A stretch of 64,000 nt of DNA from positions 2,368 through 66,367 of the forward strand of contig DASTOB010000127.1 of NCBI GenBank assembly GCA_035720425.1. The letters run 5' to 3'. Under the pieces are notes generated by a model. It had not been told where the DNA came from. It did not search any database and was given only the letters and a program-made list of their open reading frames with translations. Positions 13,181 through 23,008 of the stretch are shown in pieces (within the stretch, counting starts at the first letter, position 1; each line of letters opens with the position of its first letter). This DNA comes from Candidatus Limnocylindrales bacterium (GTDB lineage: Bacteria; Chloroflexota; Limnocylindria; Limnocylindrales; CSP1-4). The translations under genes and the position numbers were made by a program.

Positions 13181-13187
13181 GGTCCGC

Positions 13188-14213
13188 ATGACCCACCGCG
13201 TCACGCTCATCCCCGGCGACGGCATCGGGCCGGAGCTGGCGGAGGCGACCCGTCGCGTGCTCGACGCCTCGGGGATCGATTTCGAGTGGGAGGTCGTCGA
13301 GGCGGGCGAGGCGGTCATCGCGGAGCACGGCACCCCGCTCCCGGACCACGTGCTCGACTCGATCCGTCGCAACCGGGTCGCCCTGAAGGGCCCGATCACG
13401 ACCCCCGTCGGGGAGGGGTTCCGGAGCGTCAACGTCACGCTCCGCCAGGCGCTCGACCTCTACGCCAACGTGCGGCCGGCGCGGTCGATCCCGGGCCTCG
13501 AGTCGCGCTACGAGGACGTCGACCTCGTCATCGTCCGCGAGAACACCGAGGACCTGTACGCCGGCATCGAGCACCGGGTCGGGCGCGACGCCGCGGAGAG
13601 CATCAAGATCATCACCCGCGAGGCCTCCGAGCGAATCGCGCGCTACGCGTTCGACTACGCCGTCGCGAACGGCCGGCGCAAGGTGACCGCCGTCCACAAG
13701 GCGAACATCATGAAGCTGTCGGACGGCCTGTTCCTCGAGTCGTGCCGGACGGTTGCCGCCGAGTACGAGGGTCGGATCGAGTTCGAGGACCGGATCGTCG
13801 ACAACATGTGCATGCAGCTCGTCCAGAAGCCGGACCTGTACGACGTGCTCGTCCTGCCAAACCTGTACGGCGACATCGTGAGCGACCTCGCCGCCGGCCT
13901 CGTCGGCGGCCTCGGGGTGGCGCCCGGGGCGAACATCGGGACGTACGCCGCGGTGTTCGAGCCGGTCCACGGGTCGGCCCCCAAGTACGCCGGCCAGAAC
14001 AAGGCGAATCCGGCCGCGATGATCCTGTCCGGGGCGCTCATGCTCCGCCATCTCGGGCACCCGGACGAGGCGGGTCGGGTCGAGGCCGCCCTGCGTGACG
14101 TCGTCGCCGAGGGTCGCACGATCACGTACGACCTGGGCGGTACGGCCGGGACGAGTGAGTTCGCCGGGGCGATCGTGGCGCGCCTGACGGCCGCGCCCGT
14201 GCCGGCGTCCTGA
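13188..14213 (+). CDS. icd: isocitrate dehydrogenase (isocitrate/isopropylmalate dehydrogenase family, small type)
   Basis: [11 protein letters not shown] and [19 protein letters not shown] motifs. An alternative ATG at 13179 would add 3 aa. The 592-aa ORF-track version is an antisense extension over sucC. Confidence 0.9.
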   Translation: MTHRVTLIPGDGIGPELAEATRRVLDASGIDFEWEVVEAGEAVIAEHGTPLPDHVLDSIRRNRVALKGPITTPVGEGFRSVNVTLRQALDLYANVRPARSIPGLESRYEDVDLVIVRENTEDLYAGIEHRVGRDAAESIKIITREASERIARYAFDYAVANGRRKVTAVHKANIMKLSDGLFLESCRTVAAEYEGRIEFEDRIVDNMCMQLVQKPDLYDVLVLPNLYGDIVSDLAAGLVGGLGVAPGANIGTYAAVFEPVHGSAPKYAGQNKANPAAMILSGALMLRHLGHPDEAGRVEAALRDVVAEGRTITYDLGGTAGTSEFAGAIVARLTAAPVPAS

Positions 14214-14254
14214 CGGCCGGCGACCGGGCACGGCGACAGAGGCGCGACGGGTCG

Positions 14255-14635
14255 ATGCTGCTTCGGTATCGCGGCGGCGAGGGCATGCTCGCCTGGGCGT
14301 TCCATCGCATCTCCGGCGTTGCGATCTGGGCCTTCCTCGTCCTCCACGTCATCGACATCTACCTGGTCGGCGCGGCGCCGGACTCGTACGATACCCTGCT
14401 CGCCATCTACGCCCACCCGATCGGAATCGTCCTCGAGTGGCTGCTCGGGGCGGCCGTGCTCTATCACGCGCTGAACGGCCTGCGGATCATCGTCATGGAC
14501 TTCTGGCCGACCCTGACCCGATTCCACCGCCAGCTGTGGTACCTGAACTGGCTCCTCTTCCTCGCCATCGGGCTGCCGGTGACGTGGGTCATCTTCGGTC
14601 AGTTCGCGCGCGCCATGGGCTGGTGGCCGCGATGA
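14255..14635 (+). CDS. sdhC: succinate dehydrogenase cytochrome b subunit
   Basis: Three-helix membrane protein with conserved His residues (FHRISG, LHVIDIY) immediately upstream of sdhDAB. Confidence 0.85.
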   Translation: MLLRYRGGEGMLAWAFHRISGVAIWAFLVLHVIDIYLVGAAPDSYDTLLAIYAHPIGIVLEWLLGAAVLYHALNGLRIIVMDFWPTLTRFHRQLWYLNWLLFLAIGLPVTWVIFGQFARAMGWWPR

Positions 14636-15030
14636 GCGGCCGCTACGGCCGGGCCGGCCGAACCCGACCGCAATCGGGCGGTTGGGAGCTCGCGGTGTGG
14701 TACCTCATGCGCCTCACCGGGCTCGGCCTGTTCGTGCTCGTGCTCAGCCACTACCTCATCCTCCACGTCATCTACGACCCGGCGGAGCAGACCGCATCGT
14801 GGATCGCGGAGGTCCGCTGGAGCAGCCTGTTCTGGCGGGCGTTCGACTGGCTCCTGCTCATGCTCGTCCTGTTCCACGCGTTCATGGGCGTACGCATCGT
14901 CGTGGCCGACTACACCCGCGGCGGCGTCCGGACGGTCACGCTCATGGCCCTGTACCTGCTCGGGGTCGTGCTGTTCGTGATCGGCACGCTCGTCGTGATG
15001 ACGCTGCCGAACGTCGTCCCCGACGCCTGA
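14632..15030 (+). CDS. sdhD: succinate dehydrogenase hydrophobic membrane anchor subunit
   Basis: ATG overlaps the sdhC stop codon (ATGA). Three hydrophobic helices. Position is between sdhC and sdhA. Confidence 0.8.
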   Translation: MSGRYGRAGRTRPQSGGWELAVWYLMRLTGLGLFVLVLSHYLILHVIYDPAEQTASWIAEVRWSSLFWRAFDWLLLMLVLFHAFMGVRIVVADYTRGGVRTVTLMALYLLGVVLFVIGTLVVMTLPNVVPDA

Positions 15031-15032
15031 AC

Positions 15033-16778
<1,746 letters not shown>

Positions 16779-16788
16779 GGACGACCGC

Positions 16789-17490
16789 GTGCAGATCGAC
16801 GTCCGGATCCTGCGCTACGACCCCGAGCGGGACCGCAAGCCGCACTGGGAGACGTACGCGGTCGAATCCGACCCGGCCATGGACCGCGTGCTCGACCTGC
16901 TCCATCGGATCAAGTACGAGCAGGACGGCACACTCACGTTCCGCCGCTCGTGCGCCCATGGCGTCTGCGGGTCCGACGCGATGCTCGTGAACGGCCGCAA
17001 CCGGCTGGCCTGCAAACTGCGGGTCGAGACCCTCGGGCGGCGGATCAGCATCGCGCCGCTGCCGGGGCTGCCGGTGATCAAGGATCTCGTCGTCGACATG
17101 GACGACTTCTTCGGCAAGTACCGGAGCGTCATGCCGTTCCTCGTGGCGGAGGGTCCGGCACCCCAGCGCGAGCGGCGCCAGTCACCGGAGGACCGCGCCC
17201 GCTACGACGACACGACCAAGTGCATCCTGTGCGCCGCGTGCACCTCGTCGTGCCCGTCGTTCTGGGCGCAACCGGGGTACGTCGGGCCGGCGGCGATCGT
17301 CAACGCCCATCGGTTCATCTTCGACTCGCGCGACGACGCGGCCGATGAGCGGCTCGAGATCCTGGCCGACAAGGACGGCGTGTGGCGCTGCCGGACGATC
17401 TTCAACTGCACCGACGCCTGCCCGCGCGGGATCCACATCACCCAGGCGATCCTCGAGGTCAGCTCTTCGATCGTCGACAAGCAGGCCTGA
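16789..17490 (+). CDS. sdhB: succinate dehydrogenase iron-sulfur subunit
   Basis: CAHGVCGSDAMLVNG (2Fe-2S), CILCAACTSSCP and CTDACPRGI cluster motifs. Confidence 0.95.
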   Translation: MQIDVRILRYDPERDRKPHWETYAVESDPAMDRVLDLLHRIKYEQDGTLTFRRSCAHGVCGSDAMLVNGRNRLACKLRVETLGRRISIAPLPGLPVIKDLVVDMDDFFGKYRSVMPFLVAEGPAPQRERRQSPEDRARYDDTTKCILCAACTSSCPSFWAQPGYVGPAAIVNAHRFIFDSRDDAADERLEILADKDGVWRCRTIFNCTDACPRGIHITQAILEVSSSIVDKQA

Positions 17491-17562
17491 GGTGGTTGGC
17501 CTCATGGCTCCGCGAGCGCGATGCCTCCGGCTCGATGAGCGAGTGATGGTTCCACGTCGAGG

Positions 17563-18048
17563 GTGCTGGCTCTGAGCGCCCCAAGGTTCGTCATCCGGAC
17601 CGACGGCGCGGCGCGCGGGAATCCCGGGCCGGCATCGCTCGGCGCCGTCCTCATCGACGCGTCCCGGCCGGATGCGCTCTCGCCGAGCGCCGCGCCCGAC
17701 GCGACGATCTCCGAGTTCCTGGGCCACGCCACGAACAACGTGGCGGAGTGGACGGGCGTCGTCCGCGCGCTCGAGCTGGCTCGCGAACTCGGCGCGGCGC
17801 GGGTCGACCTGTTCCTCGACTCGATGCTCATCGTCGAGCAGCTCCACGGTCGGTGGCGGGTCAAGGACGCCAAGCTGCGCCCGCTGTGGGAGGCCGCCCG
17901 GGCGCAGCTCGAGACGCTTCGGCCGTGGTCGGCCACCCACGTGCCCCGGGCCCAGAACGCGCTCGCCGACGCGCTGGCCAACGAGGCGATCGACCGGGCC
18001 GCGGCGGGGGGTCCGCGGTCGGTCGTCCGAAGGCCCGCCGGCGCCTGA
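17563..18048 (+). CDS. rnhA: ribonuclease HI
   Basis: RTDGAARGNPGPA, NNVAEW, DSMLIVEQ and NALADALAN match the DEDD catalytic pattern of type 1 RNase H. Confidence 0.8.
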   Translation: MLALSAPRFVIRTDGAARGNPGPASLGAVLIDASRPDALSPSAAPDATISEFLGHATNNVAEWTGVVRALELARELGAARVDLFLDSMLIVEQLHGRWRVKDAKLRPLWEAARAQLETLRPWSATHVPRAQNALADALANEAIDRAAAGGPRSVVRRPAGA

Positions 18049-18085
18049 TCCGGAACCGCGGGCGTCGGCCCGGCGTCCGTGAGAC

Positions 18086-18520
18086 ATGGGTCGTACGGGC
18101 TTGCTCCTCGTGGTCGTGTCGATCGCCGTCCTCGCCGGCTGTGCGGCCGCGCCGTCGACCGAACCGCCGGCCGCCGCGACGCCGATCCCGCTCGACGGGA
18201 CGAGCTGGGTGGCGGTCTCGATCAACGACACGAACACGGTCCTGGGGGCCATGCCGACACTCGCGTTCGACGGCGATCGTGTCAGCGGCTCGACCGGCTG
18301 CAACACGTTCGGCGGGACGGTGGTGAGCGAGGCCGACGGCCGGGTGCGTTTCGTCGACGTCGTCATGACCGAGATCGCCTGCGCCGATCCGATCGGAGCC
18401 CAGGAGGCCGCCTTCCTCGCGATCCTCGGCGCACCGGCCGAGCTCGCCGTCGATGAGGGGATGTTGTTCCTCACCACCGCGAGCGGTCGCGTCACGTTCG
18501 AGGGTCGGGCGGGCGGCTGA
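18086..18520 (+). CDS. META-domain (HslJ-like) lipoprotein
   Basis: Lipobox VLAGC after a signal peptide. GSTGCNTFGG and a second Cys-containing half are typical of META domains. Confidence 0.75.
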   Translation: MGRTGLLLVVVSIAVLAGCAAAPSTEPPAAATPIPLDGTSWVAVSINDTNTVLGAMPTLAFDGDRVSGSTGCNTFGGTVVSEADGRVRFVDVVMTEIACADPIGAQEAAFLAILGAPAELAVDEGMLFLTTASGRVTFEGRAGG

Positions 18521-18543
18521 ACGGGCCGAACGGCGTCCGGGAG

Positions 18544-18549
18544 TAGAAT
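18544..18549 (+). promoter_or_regulatory. candidate -10 hexamer TAGAAT for rnpB
   Basis: Ends 8 nt before the predicted 5' end of RNase P RNA. Confidence 0.45.
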
Positions 18550-18557
18550 CGGTCGGT

Positions 18558-18915
18558 CAGCGAGGTGGCCGGATGGTCGCGCGCCGGCTGGGCAACCAGG
18601 CGGCGTGAGGAAAGTCCGAGCTCCCCAGCGCAGGGTGGCGGGTAACGCCCGTCCGCCGTGAGGCGAGGACCAGTGCCACAGTGACGATGCCGGCCGGGGG
18701 CGCGAGCCACTGGCCGGAGTGAAACGCGGCAAACTCCACCCGGAGCAAGGCCAAGTAGGAGGGCGCAACCCGGTTCGCCGGGGGAGAGGCGCGCTGCCCA
18801 GCCCTCGGGTCGGCCGCATGAGCCGCTGGGCAACCGGCGGCCCCAGATGGATGGCCATCCCCACCGACGCCTCGGCGCCGGCGGGACAGAACTCGGCTTA
18901 CAGGCCGCCTCGCTG
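18558..18915 (+). ncRNA. rnpB: RNase P RNA, bacterial type A
   Basis: Universally conserved blocks are present: GAGGAAAGTCCGAGCTCC, GGGTAACGCCCG, GTGCCACAG, CCACCCGGAGCAAGGCCAAGTAGG and ACAGAACTCGGCTTACAG. The terminal P1 helix pairs CAGCGAGGTGGCC with GGCCGCCTCGCTG. Ends are accurate to within a few nt. Confidence 0.92.
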
Positions 18916-18970
18916 ACGCAGTTCCTCGCCGCCGCGCGGCGCCCGCGCGCTCGGGCGCGGAGGTGGCCTC

Positions 18971-19213
18971 CTAGTCCTCGTCCGGGCGGAAGATGTGCGC
19001 AGCCGTGCAGGTGTTGCAGATCGGTGTGGCCGACTCGAGATCACCGAGCGGCATCGGCACCTTGCGATCGGGGAACAGGCACTCGACGTCGAACACGCGA
19101 TCGGCCGTCCCATCGACCTGGATGAGCCGGCGGAACGTGCAGCGGCGGATCCGGTGAGGGGCGAGCCGGTACGCGTCTGGCTCGGGCGGAACGACCGGGA
19201 GCGGCAGGGCCAT
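18971..19213 (-). CDS. small hypothetical protein (80 aa) with four Cys including a CxxC
   Basis: The in-frame ATG gives MALPLPVV... Cys residues at C-x20-C-x19-CNTC. Divergent from the LysM gene. No family recognised. Confidence 0.45.
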   Translation of the reverse strand: MALPLPVVPPEPDAYRLAPHRIRRCTFRRLIQVDGTADRVFDVECLFPDRKVPMPLGDLESATPICNTCTAAHIFRPDED

Positions 19214-19359
19214 CGGGTGCGGTTCGGGCCTCACATGCGGATCTCGATCGGGCTGGCCGATCGTGGCGGCGCAGCCTAGCACCCCTCCGTGAGCGACGAC
19301 AACATCCCAAACGTACTAGACTCCGCGCCGATCCACCAGTCGGAGCGCGCGGAGGAGAC

Positions 19360-20508
19360 GTGGAGGAGGACGGCGCCAAGCCGCAACGCCCCGCCCGGAG
19401 CCGACGTCGTACGTCGCGCAGCACGGAGCCGCCGCCAGAGGCGATGTCGCCGGCGGTCGATGCTGCAGCGGAACCGGTGCCGTCGGCCGACGCGGACATG
19501 GAAGCCCAGGCCACCGCGCCCGGGAACCCCGATCAGCCGACGGACGCCGACGGCCCGGTGGGCGTCGACCGGCCGGCGGATCCCGACGACCTTGCCTCGC
19601 TCGTCGCTCCGCCCGACCTTGCGTCGATTGCCGAGGCAGAGGCGCGTGCCGAGGCGGACGCGTTCGCCGACACGGCCCCCGGCCGCGGGATCGAGTTCCC
19701 GGTGACCGACGTCGAGGAGGGAAGCGGGTCCCTCTCGATCCTCGACGATGCGCGGTCCCCGAACCCCGCGACGTGCCCGTTCTTCCGGAGCGAATCCGCC
19801 GACGGCCGACTTGGCCTGCCGATCGAATACCCGCACGAGGCTAACCGCTGTGCGGCGTTCGGCGAGCCGAAGCCGCAGTCGCTCCGCCAGCAGGAGCTCG
19901 TCTGCCTGACCGCGGGCCACGTGAGCTGCCCGCGCTACCTGCGCGGCTCGCTCGTGGGGCGCGAGACCGTCGCGGTCGTTCCGCCTCGCGCGGGCATCTC
20001 GCGCGCGATCGTGGCGGCCGCGGTCGTGCTCGTGGCCTCGGCGACGCTGTCGTTCGCGTTCGTCTTCGCCCGCGGCGGGCTGACGCTGCCGGGGGCGGGG
20101 GCCGAACCAACCGACGTGGCGGCCGCGTCCCAGGAGCCGACCGAACCGCCGCCGACGCCGGTCCCGACGGCCGAGCCGACCGCCGAGCCGACCGTCGCCC
20201 CGACCGCGACCCCGCGCCCGACGCCGTCGCCGACCCCGGCCCCGACCGCGACCCCGCGCCCCACGCCGTCGCCGACCCCGCGGCCGACCGTCACGCCGCA
20301 GCCCACGAGCGATCGGTACGAGCTGCTCGAACCGTGCCCGGACAAGCCGGATTGCTGGATCTACACGATCCGGAGCGGGGACAACATCTTCAGCATCGCG
20401 CGCTACTTCGGCGTGCCGGAGGCGACGGTCCGGGAGCTCAACCCGTGGCTCGAGACCACCCCGCTACGGGCCGGCCAGCAACTCATCCTGCCGCCGCCGA
20501 CGCGCTGA
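19360..20508 (+). CDS. LysM-domain membrane protein with a Cys/His-rich cytoplasmic module and a Pro/Thr-rich linker
   Basis: C-terminal LysM domain (YTIRSGDNIFSIARYFGVPEATVRELNPWL...LRAGQQLILP). One TM helix (AIVAAAVVLVASATLSFAFVF). N-terminal CPFF...C...C...H..CPRY module. GTG start behind GGAGGAG; the start is uncertain. Confidence 0.75.
   Translation: MEEDGAKPQRPARSRRRTSRSTEPPPEAMSPAVDAAAEPVPSADADMEAQATAPGNPDQPTDADGPVGVDRPADPDDLASLVAPPDLASIAEAEARAEADAFADTAPGRGIEFPVTDVEEGSGSLSILDDARSPNPATCPFFRSESADGRLGLPIEYPHEANRCAAFGEPKPQSLRQQELVCLTAGHVSCPRYLRGSLVGRETVAVVPPRAGISRAIVAAAVVLVASATLSFAFVFARGGLTLPGAGAEPTDVAAASQEPTEPPPTPVPTAEPTAEPTVAPTATPRPTPSPTPAPTATPRPTPSPTPRPTVTPQPTSDRYELLEPCPDKPDCWIYTIRSGDNIFSIARYFGVPEATVRELNPWLETTPLRAGQQLILPPPTR
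20197..20280 (+). repeat. 2 x 42-bp in-frame tandem repeat inside the LysM gene linker
   Basis: GCCCCGACCGCGACCCCGCGCCC(G/C)ACGCCGTCGCCGACCCCG occurs twice with 1 mismatch. It encodes APTATPRPTPSPTP twice. Confidence 0.9.
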
Positions 20509-20784
20509 CATGGCCGATCCGGCCCTCCCGGTCGTCGGGCGGGACCCAGTCCGGATTCCACGTCATGCCAACACCGACTGCGTCGTCAGCCCGTTCGCCG
20601 GGACGTCCTGCCTGATCTGAGGCCGCGTCGGGGCCGGTCGGGGGCCGCTTCGTGCCCGGCGCGGCGGTCCGAGCGGCCGGATCGACGGCCCCCGCGGCAC
20701 GGGCGTCGAGATGACGTGGAACGTCGTCCGGGTTGCACGCGGCCTCGCACGTCGACTCGTTGCCGGTATCCCCCAAATCACGCA

Positions 20785-20812
20785 TTGACGCGGCCCCGTT
20801 GCGCGCTAGAAT
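20785..20812 (+). promoter_or_regulatory. sigma-70-type promoter of the dcw cluster (TTGACG-16 nt-TAGAAT)
   Basis: TTGACG at 20785-20790 and TAGAAT at 20807-20812 with a 16-nt spacer, about 110 nt upstream of mraZ. Confidence 0.7.
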
Positions 20813-20818
20813 GCAGCG

Positions 20819-20844
20819 AAGTGGCACAAAGTGGTTCAAAGTGG
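20819..20844 (+). promoter_or_regulatory. three direct AAGTGG repeats at 10-bp spacing (candidate MraZ operator)
   Basis: AAGTGG at 20819, 20829 and 20839 (gAAGTGGcacAAAGTGGttcAAAGTGGgg), immediately downstream of the -10 element. Confidence 0.65.
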
Positions 20845-20923
20845 GGAACCACGGACCAGCGGCCCCCAGCGCCCGACACCCCGGTGGGGGATTCGGGTCC
20901 AACCGAGAAGGACAGCCCGACAG

Positions 20924-21352
20924 GTGTTCACCGGCGAGTACCGGCACACGGTGGACGACAAGGGACGGATCGCCGTCCCGTCGAAGTTCCGTGCGCAGCT
21001 CGACGACGGCGCGGTCATCTCGCGCTGGCTCGACGCCTGCCTGGCGATTCACACGAAGGCCGGCTGGGACGTCCTCGCCACGAAGGTCGCCGGGCTCCCG
21101 ATCGCCGACTCCGCGTCGCGCCTGTTCCAGCGCTACGTGTTCGCCGGGGCGATCGAGGCGGAGCTCGACCGCCAGGGTCGGGTCGTCGTGCCGGCCTACC
21201 TGCGTGACTGGGCCGGCCTGACCGGGGACGCGGTCGTCGTCGGGTCACGCGATCACGCCGAGATCTGGGCGCCGTCGCGCTGGGACGAGTACCGCCGGGC
21301 CCTCGAGGACCCGGACGAGCTCGCCCGGGCGCTCGACGGCCTCGGGATCTAG
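20924..21352 (+). CDS. mraZ: transcriptional regulator MraZ
   Basis: VFTGEYRHTVDDKGRIAVPSKFR and LDRQGRVVVPAYLR form the two SpoVT/AbrB-like halves. GTG start. Confidence 0.9.
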   Translation: MFTGEYRHTVDDKGRIAVPSKFRAQLDDGAVISRWLDACLAIHTKAGWDVLATKVAGLPIADSASRLFQRYVFAGAIEAELDRQGRVVVPAYLRDWAGLTGDAVVVGSRDHAEIWAPSRWDEYRRALEDPDELARALDGLGI

Positions 21353-21411
21353 GCACACCACATGCGCTTCCAGGGTCCGCTCGGGATCCGATCGTCGACG
21401 GTGGAGGAGAG

Positions 21412-22359
21412 ATGAAGGATGGGCACCTGCCGGTCCTGGCGGTGGAGGTCGTGACGATGCTCGCGCCTGCGCCCGGCAGCCTTCAGCTCGACGCCACCGT
21501 CGGCGGCGGTGGGCACACCGAGCGGATCCTGGAGGCGACCGATCCTGATGGCCGCCTCCTCGGCCTCGACGCCGATGGGGCGGCCATCGCCAGGGTCGAT
21601 CGTCGCCTCCGTCCGCGCTTCGGTGACCGCCTCGTCCTGCGCCAGGCGAACTTCCGCGAGCTCGCGGCCGTCGCTCCCGCGGCGGGCTTCGGCGCGGTCG
21701 ACGGAGCCCTGTTCGACCTCGGTTTGTCGAGCTTCCAGCTGGCCGACACGGAGCGCGGCTTCGGGATCCGCGCCGGCGGTCCGCTCGACATGCGCTTCGA
21801 CCCGGCCCGCGGCGTGCCGGCCGCGGAGCTCCTCGCCACGCTCGACGCGGCCGAGCTGACCGCGCTCTTCCGGCGCTTCGGCGAGGAGCCGAGTGCCGCG
21901 CGCATCGCGCGGGCCATCGTCGACGCGCGGCGAACCGCGCCAGTCAGAACGGCCGAGGAGCTCGCTGCGCTCGTCGAGCGGGTCGCTCCCCACCCGCCGC
22001 GTGGGCGACGACGGATCCACCCGGCGACGCGCGTCTTCCAGGCGCTTCGGATCGCCGTCAACGCCGAGCTCGATGCGCTCGAGGCCGGACTCGCCGCCGC
22101 GGTCGACCTGCTCCGGCCCGGCGGCCGGCTCGTCGTCCTCAGCTACCACTCGCTCGAGGACCGGATCGTCAAGCGCTTCATCGCCGCGGAACGCCGTGGC
22201 TGCACGTGCCCGCCGGAGGTGCCGGTCTGCGTCTGCGGCCGGAACCCGCGCCTCCGCCTCGTGACTCGTCCGTCGCTCACCCCGGGCGCCGACGAGATCG
22301 CCTCGAACCCGCGTGCCCGGAGCGCCCGGCTCCGGGCCGCCGAACGACTCGCCGCATAG
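21412..22359 (+). CDS. rsmH: 16S rRNA (cytosine1402-N4)-methyltransferase
   Basis: HLPVL and DATVGGGGH motifs, with SYHSLEDRIVK. ATG behind GGAGGAG. Confidence 0.95.
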   Translation: MKDGHLPVLAVEVVTMLAPAPGSLQLDATVGGGGHTERILEATDPDGRLLGLDADGAAIARVDRRLRPRFGDRLVLRQANFRELAAVAPAAGFGAVDGALFDLGLSSFQLADTERGFGIRAGGPLDMRFDPARGVPAAELLATLDAAELTALFRRFGEEPSAARIARAIVDARRTAPVRTAEELAALVERVAPHPPRGRRRIHPATRVFQALRIAVNAELDALEAGLAAAVDLLRPGGRLVVLSYHSLEDRIVKRFIAAERRGCTCPPEVPVCVCGRNPRLRLVTRPSLTPGADEIASNPRARSARLRAAERLAA

Positions 22360-22417
22360 CCCAACGATCGGCGGCCGTTCGGCCGTCGCGACCGCACCGG
22401 AGGAAGGAGGATCCCCC

Positions 22418-22612
22418 GTGAGCAAGCGTCACCAGTCCAGCCGACGGAAGGCCTACGGGCGCCGACAGCACGAAGTGCGTGAGCGGCACGACCGGCGTCA
22501 CCTGCCGGAGCACGTCGAGTTCGGCTTCGATGACTTCGACGGGGCGCCGGCGGCCGATCCGCTCGCGTTCCTCGATCCTCGGTCGCCCCGCCTGCGCTTC
22601 GCCCTCGACTGA
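22418..22612 (+). CDS. small hypothetical protein (64 aa): basic N-terminal half, acidic C-terminal half
   Basis: GTG lies 6 nt after GGAGGAAGGAGGA. G/C-rich third positions. The stop codon overlaps the ftsL ATG (TGATG). No family recognised. The longer ORF-track version (22313) overlaps rsmH. Confidence 0.5.
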   Translation: MSKRHQSSRRKAYGRRQHEVRERHDRRHLPEHVEFGFDDFDGAPAADPLAFLDPRSPRLRFALD

Positions 22613-22992
22613 TGGCCGTCTACCAGGGCGCCCGAACGCGTCCCATCCTTGCGCCGCCGCGCCCGCGCCTCGCCGAGGCGCCGGCCCTGCCGCGTCGCCG
22701 GATGCGCGGCGCAGTGCGGGCGAGGAATCGAGCCAATCCGATCGGCTTTGTGCTCGGCGGCATCGTCCTCGCGTTCATGCTGTCGTTCTTTTCGCTCGCC
22801 CAGACCGTCCGGGTCGCCGCGACGAGCTACGACATCGATGGCCTGTCGATCCATCGTGAGCAGCTCGAGTCGGAGCGACGCGAGCTCGCCAGCGATCTCA
22901 ACCGCCTGGGCCGGGAGCCGGCGATTCGCAAGCTCGCCATCGACGCCGGCCTCGTCCCGCTGACCGACCCGCTCGTCCTGCCGGCGCGCTAG
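22612..22992 (+). CDS. ftsL: cell division protein FtsL-like (septum formation initiator)
   Basis: Basic N-terminal tail, a single TM helix (IGFVLGGIVLAFMLSFFSLA) and a coiled-coil-like segment. Canonical position between rsmH and ftsI. Confidence 0.75.
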   Translation: MAVYQGARTRPILAPPRPRLAEAPALPRRRMRGAVRARNRANPIGFVLGGIVLAFMLSFFSLAQTVRVAATSYDIDGLSIHREQLESERRELASDLNRLGREPAIRKLAIDAGLVPLTDPLVLPAR

Positions 22993-23008
22993 GGTCGCCG
23001 GGCGATCG

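Noticed and set aside
12435-13187. N-terminal 250-aa extension of the icd ORF (592-aa version). Similar long extensions occur on the sucC, sucD, murD, murG, murB, ddl, gcvH and SBP ORFs in the track.
   Set aside because: The extensions overlap the neighbouring well-supported genes in another frame or on the other strand. Family similarity begins only at the internal starts given in the feature list, and these usually sit at ATGA/GTGA overlaps or behind an SD sequence.
20197-20280. The 42-bp tandem repeat in the LysM gene as a phase-variation or contingency locus.
   Set aside because: The unit length is a multiple of 3 and encodes a Pro/Thr linker. Copy-number change would only alter linker length, so there is no frameshift potential.
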